Shown here one piece after another: positions 12,188-23,796 of a stretch of 64,000 nt of DNA. The notes under the pieces are model-generated. The model ran no database searches. It saw nothing but the letters and a program-made list of their open reading frames with translations, and was not told where the DNA came from. Within the stretch, counting starts at the first letter, position 1, and every line of letters begins with the position of its first letter. Where the stretch lies: contig OU015569.1 in NCBI GenBank assembly GCA_907165135.1, positions 2,294,001 to 2,358,000 of the forward strand, given 5' to 3'. The stretch comes from Oikopleura dioica (taxonomy: Eukaryota; Animalia; Chordata). The position numbers and the translations under genes are program-made.

Positions 12188-15100
12188 ATGCTCAAACAAC
12201 TGCTGATAGACGGGCTGAAGGGGAGATCTAAGGATGAGTTGAGGTAACTTATCTTGGAAAGCGTTAATTTCTTATCAAATTAGCGTCTTGCACAACGAGA
12301 GCGAGGAAGAAGCCAGCAGACTGTTCGAAGAACTCTGCGCGGAGAAAGATGACGTTGATCTAGCTACGAGGGAGTCTTACCTCACCATTCCTCGTTTCCA
12401 CAAGGCGCTGCCGAAGGAAAATGAAGTCGTCAAGCACAAGCTACGGGAAGAAGCGCGCGCCCTCTTTCTCCAGCGCAAGTCGAATGCGCTCATGGACAAT
12501 GAGGAACTGCAAAAGTTGTGGTTTCTCTTGGAAGAAAATAAAACCGAAAACGTGATGTCCGACGACCATTTGATAAGCTACAGGCAAGTATAAATAAAAA
12601 TGGATAAAAACTAAATTATTCCTAGAAACTTCAAAGCGGTGGGCTCCAAGTGCTCCCAAAAGAGCCAGTCCTTCTTCACCGCGAAGACGTTCTTCAAGAT
12701 CTACACTGGCGACAAAAGTGGCCAGATCTCAATAATGCAGTTTTTTAACTACGTCATGCGCAAAGTATGGCTGCAGCAGACGCGGATCGGGCTCTCACTC
12801 TACGACGTGTCGGGGCGCGGCTTTCTTCGCGAAATGGACCTAGAAAACTACATTCTCGAGCTGATCCCCACACTGCCTCAACTCCAGGGACTCGAGAAGA
12901 CCTTCTACTCGTTCTATGTCTGCACCGCTGTCCGCAAGTTCTTTTTCTTCCTCGACCCTCTCAAGACTAACAGGTAAATCGACAGTAACGCTCCTTCAAA
13001 GTTCAAGGATTCACCTCCACTTTTCCGGTTGAAAAATGTGTGTTTTTATAGTTTATTCCCGTCGGTTCAAAATAAAAAAGAAAGAAAGATACAAAAAGAA
13101 TAAATATTCTAGGGATCCCTAACAGTTGAAAATGAAAAAAATGGCAATTTTAGTATTCGGCGAGTGTAGTAGTTGAGTTCAATTGCCTAAACTTGAATAT
13201 TGCCGTAGTAAATTATTGGACCGCGAGGGACCAGAGGGGCACTTCATCCACATTGTGCATTTGTTCGACTCTTGTCATGTATCGAGCTTCGGCGCGTTTC
13301 TTTTTGTTGATGCGGGCTTCTTCTTTCTCAAACACCCTCTAGAATAGTGCTTACTGACTAATACTGGCTATCGACAGGCAAACTACCTTGTGTTCCGCAT
13401 CCCTTTTCGCTTTAAATTCGCGATGGGCTAGGTCTCGTTCGTACTCGAGCTGTTTGATGAAGTTCTTGTACGACTTGTCTGCGCCTCCAGGGATTGTTCC
13501 ATCGTGTTGGACGTGCGGAAAGTTCAAGAAAGTAGGGTTTTGAAGGTACACGCCGCTGGTGTAGTTGTGAACACCCGTGCCGATCAAGTCTGGGCATTCA
13601 GGTACCTCCTTGAGCGGTCGCTCTTCTTCCGACGAAGAAGTGTCGTAGACATGCTTCTCGGCGTAGAAGTGACGTTTCGAGGGGTACAAAGGGCCGTGAG
13701 ATTGAAGACCAAGATCGACTGGGATCGGGTTTTGTTGGGGAACGTGTCGCTCAACCCAGAAACGGCCGCGCTGCTCAGTTTGTTTGCGATAAACAGAACG
13801 ACGAGAAGGAATCTCCTTCGGCTGGAAAACGTAACGCCGGGGAGCGTACGAAAAACCTTGAAATCGGCAATCTTTCTCGTCGTCGCTCAGCTCCTCGCGG
13901 TAAACCCACGCGCAATCGTTTTCTGAAGTTTTTTCGATAAAATTTGTGCAAAGTTTTAAAACTGACCGTCAAGAAGTTCGTGGCTGCTGTAAAGGAACTC
14001 AAATGGCATGGCGTTGAAGACGGGATCGAGCGTTATCTAAAATAAAACAATCGTTAAAAGAGTTGGATTCAATATCAAAAGTCTTCAAGAGTGCCGGTGG
14101 TAGAAGAAAATGAGTCCCTTAGAACGTCAGATATATAAACGAGAGTTCAGAAGCTGGTTTTTCAAAAAAAGGTCATAAATAACGGTAAATTCGTCCCATA
14201 ATAGACTTTTTCCTCTCATTTCTGCGTCGGAAAGTGTATCTGAGCATACTTTCAACCTTCAACCCCTCACAACGACAACAAATCTAGAAACTCGAAAAAT
14301 TTTTTTTTGAAAATCAACAACTTTTGCTAGAAATTCTGGAAGTCATGCCTTGTGTATTCTGTCCGAAGTTCTCTTTTAAAACAACCTCTTTTTTATCATA
14401 AGTTGTTTACCTAGATCTTTTTGAAACTCGTTCTTGATTGAAAAACTTATGATAATGAAGTCGTTATCCGTGAGAGAAAGTAAGTGCGGCCTAAATATCC
14501 GTCTTGATGACCCTTTCTCAGGATTGGAGCTGCTGAAGATGATTCCATGCTTGTTGGATTAGATTATTGACAATCTTTTCAGAATACGAATACAGGACAT
14601 CCTTGCCTGCTCATTCCTCGACGACTTGCTAGAACTGCGCGACGAAGAACTCTCACAGGAGCTGCAAGACTCAAACTGGTTCTCCGCATCATCTGTTCTG
14701 CGAATCTACGGAAACTACCTAAATCTAGATCGCGATCACAACGGAATGCTCTCAAGACAAGAGCTGCAGAAATATGGCACGGGTTCCCTTAGTCCAGGTA
14801 AAATTTATTATTATAATCGGGGAACATTCGATTGGGGCCAAATTTTCCAGGGGCGAATCTGTTGCGGCTCATCATTTCGTCGAAGTACTTTTTCATTTCA
14901 AATAGATCTGTGAACAGCGTGTCCCTAGATAAAACACGATTGCTTAAAAAGCTTTACTAGAGTTAGAAACTCACTCTTTGAACTCGCTATGATCAGCATG
15001 GTCTTCGTGTTCCTTCGGTGGACTAACTTCATATTCGCTCTCTTGAACTTCTGAGTCTTCTTCAGCGTTGGATATTTTCAGCAGCCCAAAAAGCAGAAAT

Positions 15101-16078
15101 CCAAGTCTCATTGTTGATTTTCGACAGATCTTTTTCTTGGTATTTAGAAACAAGGGATTCTCTTTATATCTTAAATGACAGATGAATGAATTTTTTATCC
15201 TACCAACTGCGGTGGCAACTGCGGCGCATCTATTTATTCCTTACTTTAAGAATAAATGGAATAGAGATACCGTATGTAAAAACATTTCTTTGATGCTTGC
15301 TTTGCTTGGATATTAGAATCGACACCCTTTTAGTATTTCTGGACAGAATTTACGAAGAATGCCTCACCTACGAAGGAGAACTGGACTACAAATCATACTT
15401 GGATTTCGTCCTTGCTTATGAATATCGGCAAGAGCCCGCTTCCATTCAATACTTTTTTAAGGTCATTTTCATTCGACTTTCGCTCAATAAAATCTTTTCT
15501 AGCTTTTGGACATTGACAAGAAATCATATCTCACACGCTGGGACCTTAATTTCTTCTTCCGGTCAATTCAAGAGATGATGCGCGAACTGAAGCAGGTACA
15601 TTCATTATTTTTTAAACCCCTCTAATATTTTTTAGTTGCATTGGGTACGTCCTCAATTTTTTATCCAGCATCCTGATTGATTATCACCGTCAAAATTTCA
15701 ATAGTTTTTCGATATACAATGCCAAGAAGATAGCAAATGGCTTTGTCTGATCAAAAAACAATTGCAAATTTTCTCGGACGCAATGAAGGAGTATGCTGAT
15801 GTACTCCTTGTTGATTTCAAGGATATCTCACAAGCTTAGAATTTTAATGTGTTGGCTTAGATTGGAATTCAAGCTGAATATTTCAGGAGCCCGTTAAATT
15901 TGGCGACGTCAGCGATGAAATATTCGACATGACTCGACCAGCCGATCCTTATAAAATTACTCTCCGCGACTTGATAGACTGTGGCCAAGGTGGCACTGTG
16001 ATTCGAATATTAATCGATCTGAATGAGTTCTGGATCTACGAAAACCGCGAAACGCTACTTGCTGAGCAAGAAGACTAG
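12188..16078 (+). CDS. PPP2R3C: PP2A regulatory subunit B'' gamma (EF-hand, G5PR)
   Basis: Long near-identical stretches to the recalled family sequence: ISIMQFFNYVMRKVWL, QTRIGLSLYDV, LENYILELIPTLPQL, FYSFYVCTAVRKFFFFLDP, IQDILACSFLDDLLELRDEELS, YLNLDRDHNGMLS, FWIYENRE. Confidence 0.96.
13213..14009 (-). CDS. Nested antisense gene, 234-aa protein of unknown function (3 exons) in the long PPP2R3C intron 12974-~14585
   Basis: Exons 14009-13967, 13922-13387 and 13338-13213 join in frame across two GT-AG introns (44 and 48 nt); coding-like composition. Confidence 0.75.
14789..15111 (-). CDS. Nested antisense gene, 90-aa secreted prepropeptide-like protein (2 exons) in PPP2R3C intron 14798-15333
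   Basis: Exons 15111-14975 and 14924-14789 total 273 nt across a 50-nt GTGAGT..TAG intron. Signal-like MRLGFLLFGLLKISNA, acidic spacer, then KK-YFDEMMSRNRFAP-GK. Confidence 0.68.
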
Positions 16079-16236
16079 ACATTCCTACCTGAATAAAACA
16101 TGCATTTTTCACTGTTGCTTTCTTTATTTTCATAGAAATAAATTCCTTACATTCCTCACTATAGCTGTTCCTCACTATACTCAGTATTGATATTGTTGTA
16201 TAAAAGAATGAAGGAGACCAATATCTTTAATTTAGA

Positions 16237-17765
16237 ATGGAGCCGATAGAAGAATTGTATGATCTCTTTGAAAGATATGTAAATGCGCCGAATCGGGAGA
16301 AGACTCTCAATGCGATGTCAAATCATCCCCAAGGAAGGTTCCTTGCTGAACTTGTATTCCAGCGAGCAGACGCGAATGTTTTTCCTCGGCGAAGAATCAT
16401 CTATTACCAGCGAACGAGCATGACGAATACGGCCCTTACGATGATCTCCTAGCAGCGCCCTTTTGCAGAGTGATCCTAAAATCGATGGCTACCGAGGATT
16501 ATGTCATCAACTTGTTGAAGGACGAGTTCCGGGTCAAATTCGATTGTCTACCGAACAGCTTGTCTCATATGGCTAGGATCCTTGCCGAAAGAGAACAAAT
16601 CAAGCAAGGGTCCCGTCCTCCAAAGGCCGTTTTGCGAACGAAGGGAGATGTGAAAATAGGGAGTAATTGGATCGTGATCAGAGAATGGGAACCTTTTGAA
16701 AACGAAGCATACGTGGACTTCCCACCATCAGCCTGTCACCATCAGGTTTATAAGATCTCAAGATCAGGTGGAACTCGTTTGGATAAATTAAATTTTCGAA
16801 AGAGTTTCGACTATATCAGTGAAGAATACCTTGGCGACGAGGACGGCCCGTCATTTTTCCTCTTTGAGCCCTTCCTCATTACGTTCCATCGAGATGATAA
16901 CTACTTTGAGGTTTTCAATTTACTGGAACCTCACCAGTCGCCAAGAAAAATCAAGAGAGAAGGTCGAATATTGGGCGAAATGAAGACGTTATTGTACGAG
17001 GACGACTATGGAATACCCCACTGCGATGAGTCTCGATATGACGGCGATTTGCGTGTCGATGGAGAGATACCGGAAAGCGTTCTGTTTCCCGTACTGTTCA
17101 AACAAGATGCAACCAGCATTTGTGTCGAGTGTACTCGGATAAGTGGGTCTTCTATGGAAGTTCTTTTCAAGGAAACGATTTATTTACCTGAGGAGTACTA
17201 CCGAAGGCCCAGGCTGCTTTTATTAGACCGTGATAACTTGGTTCTACAGATAAATCTCAAAGTCGGTGGAATTATGAATGATGTCACTTATGGATGTGTC
17301 GCTTTTCATATCTGCCTTTCTAAAAGAAAAGTAACTCGTTACTCTTTACCGGAGATTTCGGGATACCTTCACTTTGGGATGGTCGAAGAGTGTCTTGGTC
17401 TGGCAATTGACCAGGACGATTGCGAGGTAGGCTATCCCGATGAAGACGATGAAAATCAGGAGGATGACGCGGAAGACAATAGCGATTATCTTCAAATTAT
17501 TACTTTTGGCGTCTTGTCAGAGCAGAAGGGTTTAGAAGTTCTTTGCTTTATCAAAAATAGCCCTACGGTTGGCATCGTTAAACAGGAGTTAGCACACTTC
17601 GAATCCTATGTCGATACTAGCGAAAATACATGTACCAAATTCAGCCTGAGAAGCTTGCTAAATCATCTTCATGATATGGACCAAGAGAAAGCTACTTTCA
17701 CCAGAGAAGTAATGGGCGCCACCGTTACCAAACCCATAATTGACTTAGGTAATTTACAAATATAA
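16237..17765 (+). CDS. Apparently intronless orphan gene (~509 aa if a 1-nt frameshift near 16380 is corrected)
   Basis: ORF 16237-16452 and the long ORF ending 17765 (open from 16350) overlap in different frames. One extra T in the T5 run at 16379-16383 fuses them. No family recognised. Confidence 0.55.
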
Positions 17766-18160
17766 GTGTTTGACTAATTCATTGATAATAATTATTATTA
17801 GAATGCTTCTGTCTTGGGGAAACTTCGGAAGAGAAGGCGAGGAAACAGTTTCGTATAGTAGATCGCTCAAAAATCGGCTGCGCTACACGCATAACTAAAT
17901 GCGGTACAAGTGAAGACTCGGAGCCAGGATTTATGAAGGAGATCGAAATATTTATTTGATAGTTGTCAAATAATGTTCATTATTTTGCGCAGCCTTCTTT
18001 TTCATTCACATTACCTCTGCAGAAAACTCATTTACTGCCCACCATTTTACGCTCGATCGACATTATTTTTTTGCACTGAAAATTCAAATGCCAAGATTAA
18101 ATTTTATCACTTCTCACGACATTCATTATCATTACTGATCTTTTTCGCAAAAGACTGAGA

Positions 18161-20423
18161 ATGGCGACGAACTCGTCCATCGAAAATGGGAAGGTTCAAA
18201 AAACGATTCCTAACCAAGATTGCGCGATCCTTACGTTTCGGCCGACGTTCCACGAATTCAAGGACATGCCTAGATATATTCAATATATGGAGTCCCGAGG
18301 CGCACATCGTGGCGGAGTCGCAAAAGTGATTCCGCCAAAAGAGTGGAGCGATGGAATCCACAAACAGGAAAAAGTCGAAATTTTAGTTGACCAAAGCGTA
18401 ATTGCTTTTTTATTGATTTTTACAAGAACTATCAGAAGATCGACAATATCGTCATTCACGAACCCATCGAGCAGAGCTTCCAAAGACAAGGAACCCGAGT
18501 CTGCGATGGCGTGTACGAGTCCTACAACATTCGCAAGAAATCGACGACAGTCCGCGACTTCCGTAAACTTTCCACCCACTGGCGCTACAAGCAGCCGCGT
18601 TCGGAGACCTACGACGATTTGGAGCGCAAGTATTGGAAAAACATCAGGTAAAGTAGTGATGTACTGTTATTATGATTGGCATATGCCAATTATGCTGTCT
18701 GCAATTATGAGTAATGACAGGGGTTTAGTTATGTTCCGCCGATTTACGGGGCTGATACAAATGGATCTCTCTTTGGCGCGGAGGTTGACATTTGGAACGT
18801 GGCAAAGTTAGACACATGTCTAGACGCTTTGATGGTGGATCACAACGGCATCAAGGGAGTAACGACGCCATATCTTTACTTTGGCATGTGGCGAGCAACG
18901 TTTCCATGGCACGTGGAGGACATGGACTTGTACTCGATAAACTATATACATGTCGGAGCTCCGAAAACTTGGTATGCGATCGCCCCCGAGGATGGAAAGG
19001 GAAGGGTTCAACAAGTTCAATGTGTAGTTTTGCTTCCTCTTTCCTACTTTTATTTTTCTTACTGTGAACTCGAACAAAAGCGTTTCGAAACATTCGCCTC
19101 GACGCTTCTTCCCGCGCAGTCGAGCAAATGCCCAGCATGGATGCGACACAAGACGACGTTGATAAATCCAAGTCTCATTCGTGCGAATGGTATCAGAGTG
19201 CGCAAGATTATCCACGAAGCTGGCGAGATAATGATTACATTTCCTTATGGGTAAAATTTCCATATTTATTCTTCAGTCCTCCTCATTATCTTCTCTTCAG
19301 TTATCATGCTGGGTTCAACCACGGATTCAACGCCGCAGAATCAACCAACTTCGCGACTCCTCGATGGATAAAGTTCGGAAGAGAGGCCATTCGATGCGTT
19401 TGCAAAGATGATAGCGTGAACATTGATATGGAATGCTTCAACCGATTCAACATTCCCGACATGCCTGGAAAGAGTTTTCACGAGGAAATTGTTCAAGCAC
19501 CTTGTTTCGGAAGGGATTAAAATTTTCATTACTTTTGTCACTGCCATTAAAAAACTGTTGCAGTCGTTTAATCCCTTCATAAGACGACGAGCCCATCCAC
19601 TGGAGGCGAAAATACAAAATCGAGCTCGATAAAAACCTCAACGAGCAAAGCATTGACCGTTACATTGCCTCGCACAAGGTCGATCGAGAGCTCTTCTACT
19701 CCAAGTACATGGCCTCGAATGCACGAATTCCGCCGCCGAAAAAGGGCATTTTCGATTATAAAATCGGCGAGAAAGTGTTTGTTCTTGTAAGTAGCAAGTT
19801 GCCTTAGGAGCTTCACCTGAAGAATGTATTTTTGCAGCGGAATTATCCTCGCGCCGTGCTTGATGCGACCATAACTGGACGATATGAAAGCGTGACGCTC
19901 ATCGCAAGTCCTCTCGAGGAAGAAGATCGGTTTGAAATCGATTTGACGGACATCATGGACTTTGACGGAACAGAACGCGAGCCTGACATTGGAGAGACCT
20001 TTACTATCCTGCACTTTCCAGATCCAGTAAAGAAGCGCGACACGAAGAAGACGGCTGGCCCGCACGAGCTCAAAGTCACCCTTGTTGGTAAGTAGCAACT
20101 CATTTTATAAACCACCGGGATTATTTTTCTCTTCAGAAAAAGCAAAGTGTCAATATTATTGTTTGACAACAACGTTCGATGGGCGCCAAGTCATCTTTCC
20201 GTCTTCGAAGATTTGGAAAGAAATCGACGAAATTCCTAAAGCCCACCTTCCCAATAAACACAGAAGACCTCAAACTACCAAAGGAAGGGCAAACAGAGAC
20301 ATATCGAGCACTAACTCTTTTCGATTTCAAATGTCAAAAATCAAGCCCCCGAAAAAGATAACTCAACTGAATACGAAGCTGCCCAAAAGAAAACAAAATA
20401 GTTCCTTATCATGCCACCGTTGA
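18161..20423 (+). CDS. KDM4: KDM4/JMJD2 histone demethylase (JmjN, JmjC, C-terminal Tudor-like region)
   Basis: [25 protein letters not shown] (JmjN), [54 protein letters not shown]. Fe ligands H-x-E..H and 2OG-binding K/Y are intact. 3' end approximate. Confidence 0.94.
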
Positions 20424-20826
20424 CCATGATAGAAACCACAATGATAGTCGTTAACACACTGCTGCTATTTATACCACTGCCGATCTGTCGTATTTTTCTT
20501 CAGCCACTGATCTGTCCTTTTGTCTGCGACTACAATAATTATTCACTATTTTTCTGGTTGTGCGCTACGTCCTCGCGGGCTTTACGATGAGTAATCAAAT
20601 AGTATTTATGTCAATATTCGTAAAAAGCACACGCAACAAAATTTACTCTCTTTTGTAAAGAATCCAGAGCTCCAGAGGCCTGTGAAATTAAAATATTTTC
20701 TACATTTTATTTATTTTGCTAAAACTACTATCAGCCAGTCAATAAAGTCCTATTGAACAAGAAAAGAAACAAAAGAAAATGAGAATGAAATTTTTGCCCG
20801 GCGCTGGCTCTAACAAGTACGGTAGA

Positions 20827-21391
20827 ATGGATAAGATCAGCTCGGTGTTTGGCGGCTCGACAGGCGCTGGAGGTGAAAACTCCGACACTAGCCCCATCAC
20901 AGAAATCACTGGCGGCGAGAACTCCTCCATGTGTCCCTCGATGGGCTTCAAGGACAGGATGATTGCCTTTGGAGTTTGCACTGGGGTCGGAATCATGTTC
21001 TCCATCGGCGGAACTATCAACTTGTTCTTCATGAATTACGCAGGTACGATTTCGAACGACCTTAACTTGTCTAACCGATGAATTAGGATTCGCCGCTCTC
21101 TACTCTTTGGGCACCATCATTTCGCTTCTCGGTACTGGCTTCCTCCGCGGCCCGGTGAAGCAAATCAAAGCGCTCACGGATCCGAAACGAGCCATCGCAG
21201 TCGCCGTTCTCTTTATTTCAATCATCCTGACACTGGTCATTGCGCTCAACGACAACATTGCCAATCCGGGCAAAGGAATCCTCTGTATTATCTTCGTCGC
21301 GATGCAATTCCTGGCCTACGTCTGGTACTGCCTCAGCTATATTCCTTATGGACGGGAGACGATCATGGGCTGTTGCAAGTCCATTTGCTGA
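20827..21391 (+). CDS. SFT2D: Vesicle transport protein SFT2A/B-like (4 TM, 2 exons)
   Basis: MDKI start, FAALYSLGTIISLLGTGFLRGPVKQIK, QFLAYVWYCLSYIPYGR match the SFT2/Got1 family. Confidence 0.88.
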
Positions 21392-22834
21392 GTTTTTCGA
21401 CTTCGCATTTTCTCTAGGTCTGTTTTGCTACAAAATCGTTGACAATGTTAGTCGTAGTGCTCAACTGTTTTTCAGGCGCGATGATTTTTCAATTGGTTTC
21501 CGGTTCAGCAAAAATTCCAAAAAAAAAGTGCAATTCAAGCTTCATCTCGCCCCAACTCTGAAAAGTTTCTTCTCTTGCGAAACGAGACACTAGTAGACAC
21601 GAGATCATTCAACTTCCGCGACTTTCTCTCAAATGCATGTAACCAATTATTCACTAGCTTCTTTTCACCTTGTCCTCGACGGGAATCTGTTTCTTCTCGT
21701 TTTCATACCATTCATGCCACACGGTGTACATAAGTCATATATTTTATTTATCTTTCATTGTGTCAATTCCGCATTACATTACATCATATTGCTTCTGCGA
21801 GTAAAATGTTTAAATAAAAATATAGTGAAAATGAATTGATAATCAAAGATCTCGCTTTTATTTCAAAGCTAGATCGTGTTCTTTTACTCTTCTGCAGGTT
21901 TCTCGCATGTCGGAACGATAAAGATTGAATGGAATATTCTCTTCGTTGATTTCCATCTCCAAGCTTCTTCGAGTTCTTTTTTTCTCGACATGGGAAGATA
22001 GGTTGTTTATGGTGTGTCATAAATTGAGGTTTATTGTGGTGCGATTTCGCGGAAGTGGCCTTGATTCAAGTTCGATCGTTCAAGTCGATAATGATTTCGC
22101 GCATGCACCTGTAGTGGTAGCGGTTCTGTAAAAGGCGAAAAAACGCGCCCCGTGGGCACTGTTGGGCGCCTACCCGGATGGAACTGAGCTCGCTCCTTTT
22201 TTTTTAGAAATTATTTTTGATTAAAAGAATACCGAGCAATGAAATTGAGAGGATGAAAACGAAAGTGCGCCATTAGGGCAATTACTATTTATTACGGCGC
22301 CCCTTATAAACGAGAGAATACGGAAGAATGGAAAACTACGGCGAGAAAATGGACTTTGAATGCGAGAATGTTATTTCAATACGAAGAACTTATCGGGTAA
22401 GCTAGTTTCGGATCTGAATTAAAAATCTTACAAAAGTAAATTATTTATTTATCGAATTGATTCAAACGTTTTTGGAATTGTATAATAGCTTCGATTTTGG
22501 TATTCAAAATAATACCGAGGTTCCTGTCTATTTGGGTTAATACTGCTTTAATTTTATAACTTGGACGCGGGATAGAATTTATCACCTTCGTTGTCAAACT
22601 CATCTCCCCAGAGAAAAGGCGACTGGTCGAATCTGTCTCTCTGCTCTTGACCAGAGCGGACAAGATAGATTTAAACAGCGCTAGAAAGTGCTGACTAAGC
22701 CCAAATACAATAATCCCGTTTTTCGTCAAAGTTTAGCATCGATCGCGGTATCGATCAAAGTATGTATGCTCTAAGAAGGAAAGGGATATGTGTTAGGAAT
22801 AGGAGAACCAGAGATATTGACTGCTAGAATCTAC

Positions 22835-22944
22835 CCTTCATGAATCAAACAATTTAAGTCGAGCTCGGAAGAAAACTGTGGCAGCCACTCGCACAATAGT
22901 AACAACAGCAACAGTAGCACCAGCAGGGTGCTCGATATTGACAT
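22835..22944 (-). CDS. Probable first exon of an unresolved secreted-protein gene
   Basis: MSISSTLLVLLLLLLLLCEWLP (signal-peptide-like) ends at a GTAG donor. Downstream exons (22700-21850) could not be phased with confidence. Confidence 0.3.
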
Positions 22945-23796
22945 GGGTAATGAGCATGGCAAGCCGCGCTTGGGCTTATATCGGTAAGGGTTTTGCCAAA
23001 AGCATGATTGAAAGAAAAATATTCAGATGTGACAATATTTCCCTTGCGCTAGAAGATGAGTATTCCAGCTCGCCTGTCTCACAGGTAAAAAAGAAACGAG
23101 TGCTACAAATCGAAAGATGCACCGGTTGGAATTAAGAAATGCCAGCAAAGCTAGTTTTGTTGTTGGGGGGAAATGCCTGGTGATAATATTTAACCCGTTT
23201 TCTCACGGAAATCAGATTCAGAAATCGAGAAAATGAGATTCTTTCAGCAACAAAAGGTTAAAATATAATAAATATTTTTTTTAAATGTGTATTTCGGAAT
23301 GATAAATTCAACTTGTTTTGGGTGCAACCAAAAAAAAAATCGCGGAGGAATTAAAAAAAAAGCTGGATGAAAGGTGCAGCCATTTAGGAGTAATGGGACG
23401 TAAATAGAAATCACCAAATTGCCTCTTGAGAGAATACTTCACCGCTTACTTCACCCTTAAGATTTTTTTCTTTCTTCAAAAGTTTGTTGTTGTTTTGCGA
23501 AGACAGAGAAAACAGGGGGACTGGCATGTTTCGAATTCAAAAAATTCAGACAAAAAAGGTACCCAAAATATGAAAATCAAAGCTTTGAACTATCCTTCTC
23601 TTTAGGAAGTTTATTTAGATTTTGATTTGAAGAACTTTTCCATTGAACGTCCGGGAGGGGCATTTTTGATTTATTGAAGGGCAATTTTTGCGGAAATGGT
23701 TCTATATGACTTGCCATCAATGTTCGATTTTACGATTATGGTAGCTCACGAATCATGAGTCAGGTTGCTCGCCAAAGTGGATTACCATGTAAATTT

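Noticed and set aside
14150-14560. Possible extra minus-strand exons between the two nested genes
   Set aside because: One GT-AG join works but no start and no consistent 3' phase could be built.
15685-15825. 45-codon protein-like minus-strand stretch (DILEINKEYISILLHC..) in a third enlarged PPP2R3C intron
   Set aside because: No start codon or convincing splice partner; could be a third nested remnant but unsupported.
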